Below are positions 16,593 through 20,462 of a stretch of DNA of 20,462 nt, piece by piece. The notes under the pieces were generated by a model. It saw only the letters and a program-made list of their open reading frames with translations, was not told the origin of the DNA and did no database searches. Source of the stretch: Candidatus Micrarchaeota archaeon (GTDB lineage: Archaea > Micrarchaeota > Micrarchaeia > Anstonellales > Bilamarchaeaceae); contig JBGFRX010000033.1 of the NCBI GenBank assembly GCA_041694885.1, positions 1 through 20,462 on the forward strand, in the 5' to 3' direction. A program made the position numbers and the translations under genes. Every line of letters starts with the position of its first letter. Position 1 is the stretch's first letter.

Positions 16593-16595
16593 GAA
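16540..16595. repeat. Eight in-register 7-bp units (5 plus 3 in opposite orientation) at the bud32 5' end
   Basis: GTTTTGC GTTTGGG GTTCAGG GTTTTGG ATTTTGG | ACCGGAA ACTCGAA GCACGAA on the plus strand. Confidence 0.7.
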
Positions 16596-16600
16596 ATCAC

Positions 16601-17179
16601 CTAAGAAATGAACATCATGAAGAATATTACGGCAAATATGCCCCACACCGCCAACGACCAGTCCATTATCTTGCTTCCATCCAGGGGAAACACTGGAATC
16701 ATGTTAAACATGCCGAGCCAGACGTTTATTTTCGAGGCGAAATGCCACACGCTTATGCCTCCTGCGCTTATCGGAAACACGATAGCGAATGCAAGGAAGA
16801 CGAATGAGAGCGCGAGGTTGGTCGCAGGCCCTGCCAGGGAAATGAGTCCGTTCTGCATCTTGCTCATACGGCGTGCGTAGATGTAAACGGCGCCAGGAGC
16901 GATGAATATGAAGCCGAAGATGGAGGTAATAAAGGCAAGGAGAAGCCCTTGTAACCAGATTTTGAATTCCGCGTAGCCGCCGAAATGCATCGCGACGAAC
17001 TTGTGGGCGAGCTCGTGGAGCACGAAGCCCGTGCCCACAGTGACCGCAAAGAACGAGACCACAAATGCGAGCTTTGAAGGGAGCGCAAATATCCCGAGCC
17101 CGAACTGCGCTATGGAAAGCGCGAACGAGATCGCGAGTGTGGAAATAAGTATATCCTGGGCTTCGCGCGTGGAAATCAT
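16601..17179 (-). CDS. Site-2 protease family (M50) intramembrane metalloprotease
   Basis: HELAH within a TM segment, ISLAGPATN and FNMIPVFPLDG. Alternative start GTG 17188. Confidence 0.93.
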   Translation of the reverse strand: MISTREAQDILISTLAISFALSIAQFGLGIFALPSKLAFVVSFFAVTVGTGFVLHELAHKFVAMHFGGYAEFKIWLQGLLLAFITSIFGFIFIAPGAVYIYARRMSKMQNGLISLAGPATNLALSFVFLAFAIVFPISAGGISVWHFASKINVWLGMFNMIPVFPLDGSKIMDWSLAVWGIFAVIFFMMFIS

Positions 17180-17196
17180 AGGTAACACCTAAGAGA

Positions 17197-17592
17197 TTAT
17201 TCGGTGAGCTTTTCCTCGTAAAGGATGCGGACGCGGGGAAGGGAAAATGTGCTTTCGTAGCTCTCCACTATCCCGACCGCCTCCTTTCCGTTGTCCAGCT
17301 GTATTCTTATCTCGTCGTTGAGTGCGCCGTTGCTGAGCGCGAATCCGCTCATTCCGAATCCGAAAATACGGGGAAGTGCTGCACCGTTCACGGAGATGCG
17401 GTCGCCCTTCCTTATTCCCCGCAGATAGGGGTAGAAAACGGTGAAGACGATAGAGAAGCCGAGCGCGAGCGCTATGCCTTTTGCGAGAAAGAGCATGTCA
17501 GTGCCGTAAAGCGCGAACGCGAGGAGTGCTGCTGCGACTCCCAGCGCGGCTGTCTTTATGAATATCGAAATGCCCATGAAACCAATCCGCAT
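17197..17592 (-). CDS. Small membrane protein: 2 TM helices plus a beta domain resembling the FlgA C-terminal domain
   Basis: Two hydrophobic helices followed by IRKGDRISV...GFALSNGALNDEIRIQLDNGK. Tightly packed between cdc48 and the S2P gene. Confidence 0.75.
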   Translation of the reverse strand: MRIGFMGISIFIKTAALGVAAALLAFALYGTDMLFLAKGIALALGFSIVFTVFYPYLRGIRKGDRISVNGAALPRIFGFGMSGFALSNGALNDEIRIQLDNGKEAVGIVESYESTFSLPRVRILYEEKLTE

Positions 17593-17607
17593 CTGAAATA
17601 TTTATGC

Positions 17608-19788
<2,181 letters not shown>

Positions 19789-20217
19789 TCAGTATATCTC
19801 GGTTTTTATCTCTTCCAGTTTCGCGAAGTCGCCGTCGCCGCTTAGGATTCTGCTGCAGCCCTTTCTTATCGCAGTTGCAATATGCGCACAGTCCGCAAAA
19901 GAGAGCGGCCGCTTCTGCTTGTCGTAATACTTTACCCGCAGGTCAGCTGCGGTTTCCGCGATGGCTTCGTCCAGAGGGATGATTTCCAGATTGGTAAAAC
20001 TTCTCAGTATGTAGACCGCTTCCTCTGCTCTCCCGTGCCCGAGCTTCCTGATGAGATGGTATTTCACTTCGAGAACTGCGATCGAACTCGCAACAGCGTG
20101 TATCTCGCCTTTCTTCAGGCGCATCAGATATGCCTGAGCCCTGCTGGACTTGTCCGAATTGAGGAAAACATCGAGAAATACGTAACTGTCGAGAAGTACC
20201 GTATCCATGCCTACCAT
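19789..20217 (-). CDS. vapC: VapC PIN-domain toxin
   Basis: VLLDSYVF, AVLEV, LSFADC and ILSGDGDF acidic residues. Start overlaps the antitoxin stop (alternative ATG 20208). Confidence 0.9.
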   Translation of the reverse strand: MVGMDTVLLDSYVFLDVFLNSDKSSRAQAYLMRLKKGEIHAVASSIAVLEVKYHLIRKLGHGRAEEAVYILRSFTNLEIIPLDEAIAETAADLRVKYYDKQKRPLSFADCAHIATAIRKGCSRILSGDGDFAKLEEIKTEIY

Positions 20218-20444
20218 TCTTTCCTCGCAGCGCGGATCTCTTTCCGTATACGTGGAAACTTCTTTCCGCTAGAGAGCGCCTTCATCGCTTCCAGAGGGTC
20301 TGCGGGTTTCGGAACGAGGGAAACGTTTTTGTCCTCGAGCAGGAAGACCACTTCGCTTCCCTTTTCTATGCCAAGTGCTTCGCGGACCAGCTTCGGTACC
20401 GTGAGCTGGAATTTCGATGTTACCCTGCTTTCCAGAATCTCCAT
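20211..20444 (-). CDS. vapB: AbrB/MazE/SpoVT family antitoxin
   Basis: SRVTSKFQLTVPKLVREALGIEKGSEV swapped-hairpin signature, directly upstream of the PIN gene. Confidence 0.9.
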   Translation of the reverse strand: MEILESRVTSKFQLTVPKLVREALGIEKGSEVVFLLEDKNVSLVPKPADPLEAMKALSSGKKFPRIRKEIRAARKEW

Positions 20445-20462
20445 ATTTTCGCCTTACTTTAT

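Overview
Archaeal chromosomal window of about 20.5 kb, most likely a DPANN archaeon such as Micrarchaeota (inference). The basis is archaeal markers (archease, stand-alone Bud32, Cdc48, eL41, archaeal-type ValRS, TATA promoters, GGTGA Shine-Dalgarno sites) mixed with bacterial-type lemA-htpX, glyA and a DsbA-like gene. The minus strand carries mostly housekeeping genes: htpX, lemA, a phosphohexomutase, an archaeal ATPase/DUF234 protein, an NCS2 permease, archease, valS, sufS, dsbA-like, bud32, a site-2 protease, a small membrane protein, cdc48 and vapBC. Several ORFans are interspersed. The ORF track misses three small genes: a 37-aa ribosomal protein eL41 that appears to start at CUG, a 38-aa coiled-coil peptide paralogous to its neighbour, and a 58-aa Cys/His microprotein. 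Non-coding or overlapping signals are a perfectly duplicated 16-bp palindrome bracketing the ATPase promoter, related 7-bp-periodic tracts inside the 5' coding ends of valS and bud32, and two related IS200/IS605-end or REP-like hairpins. No tRNA, rRNA, CRISPR array or transposase was seen.
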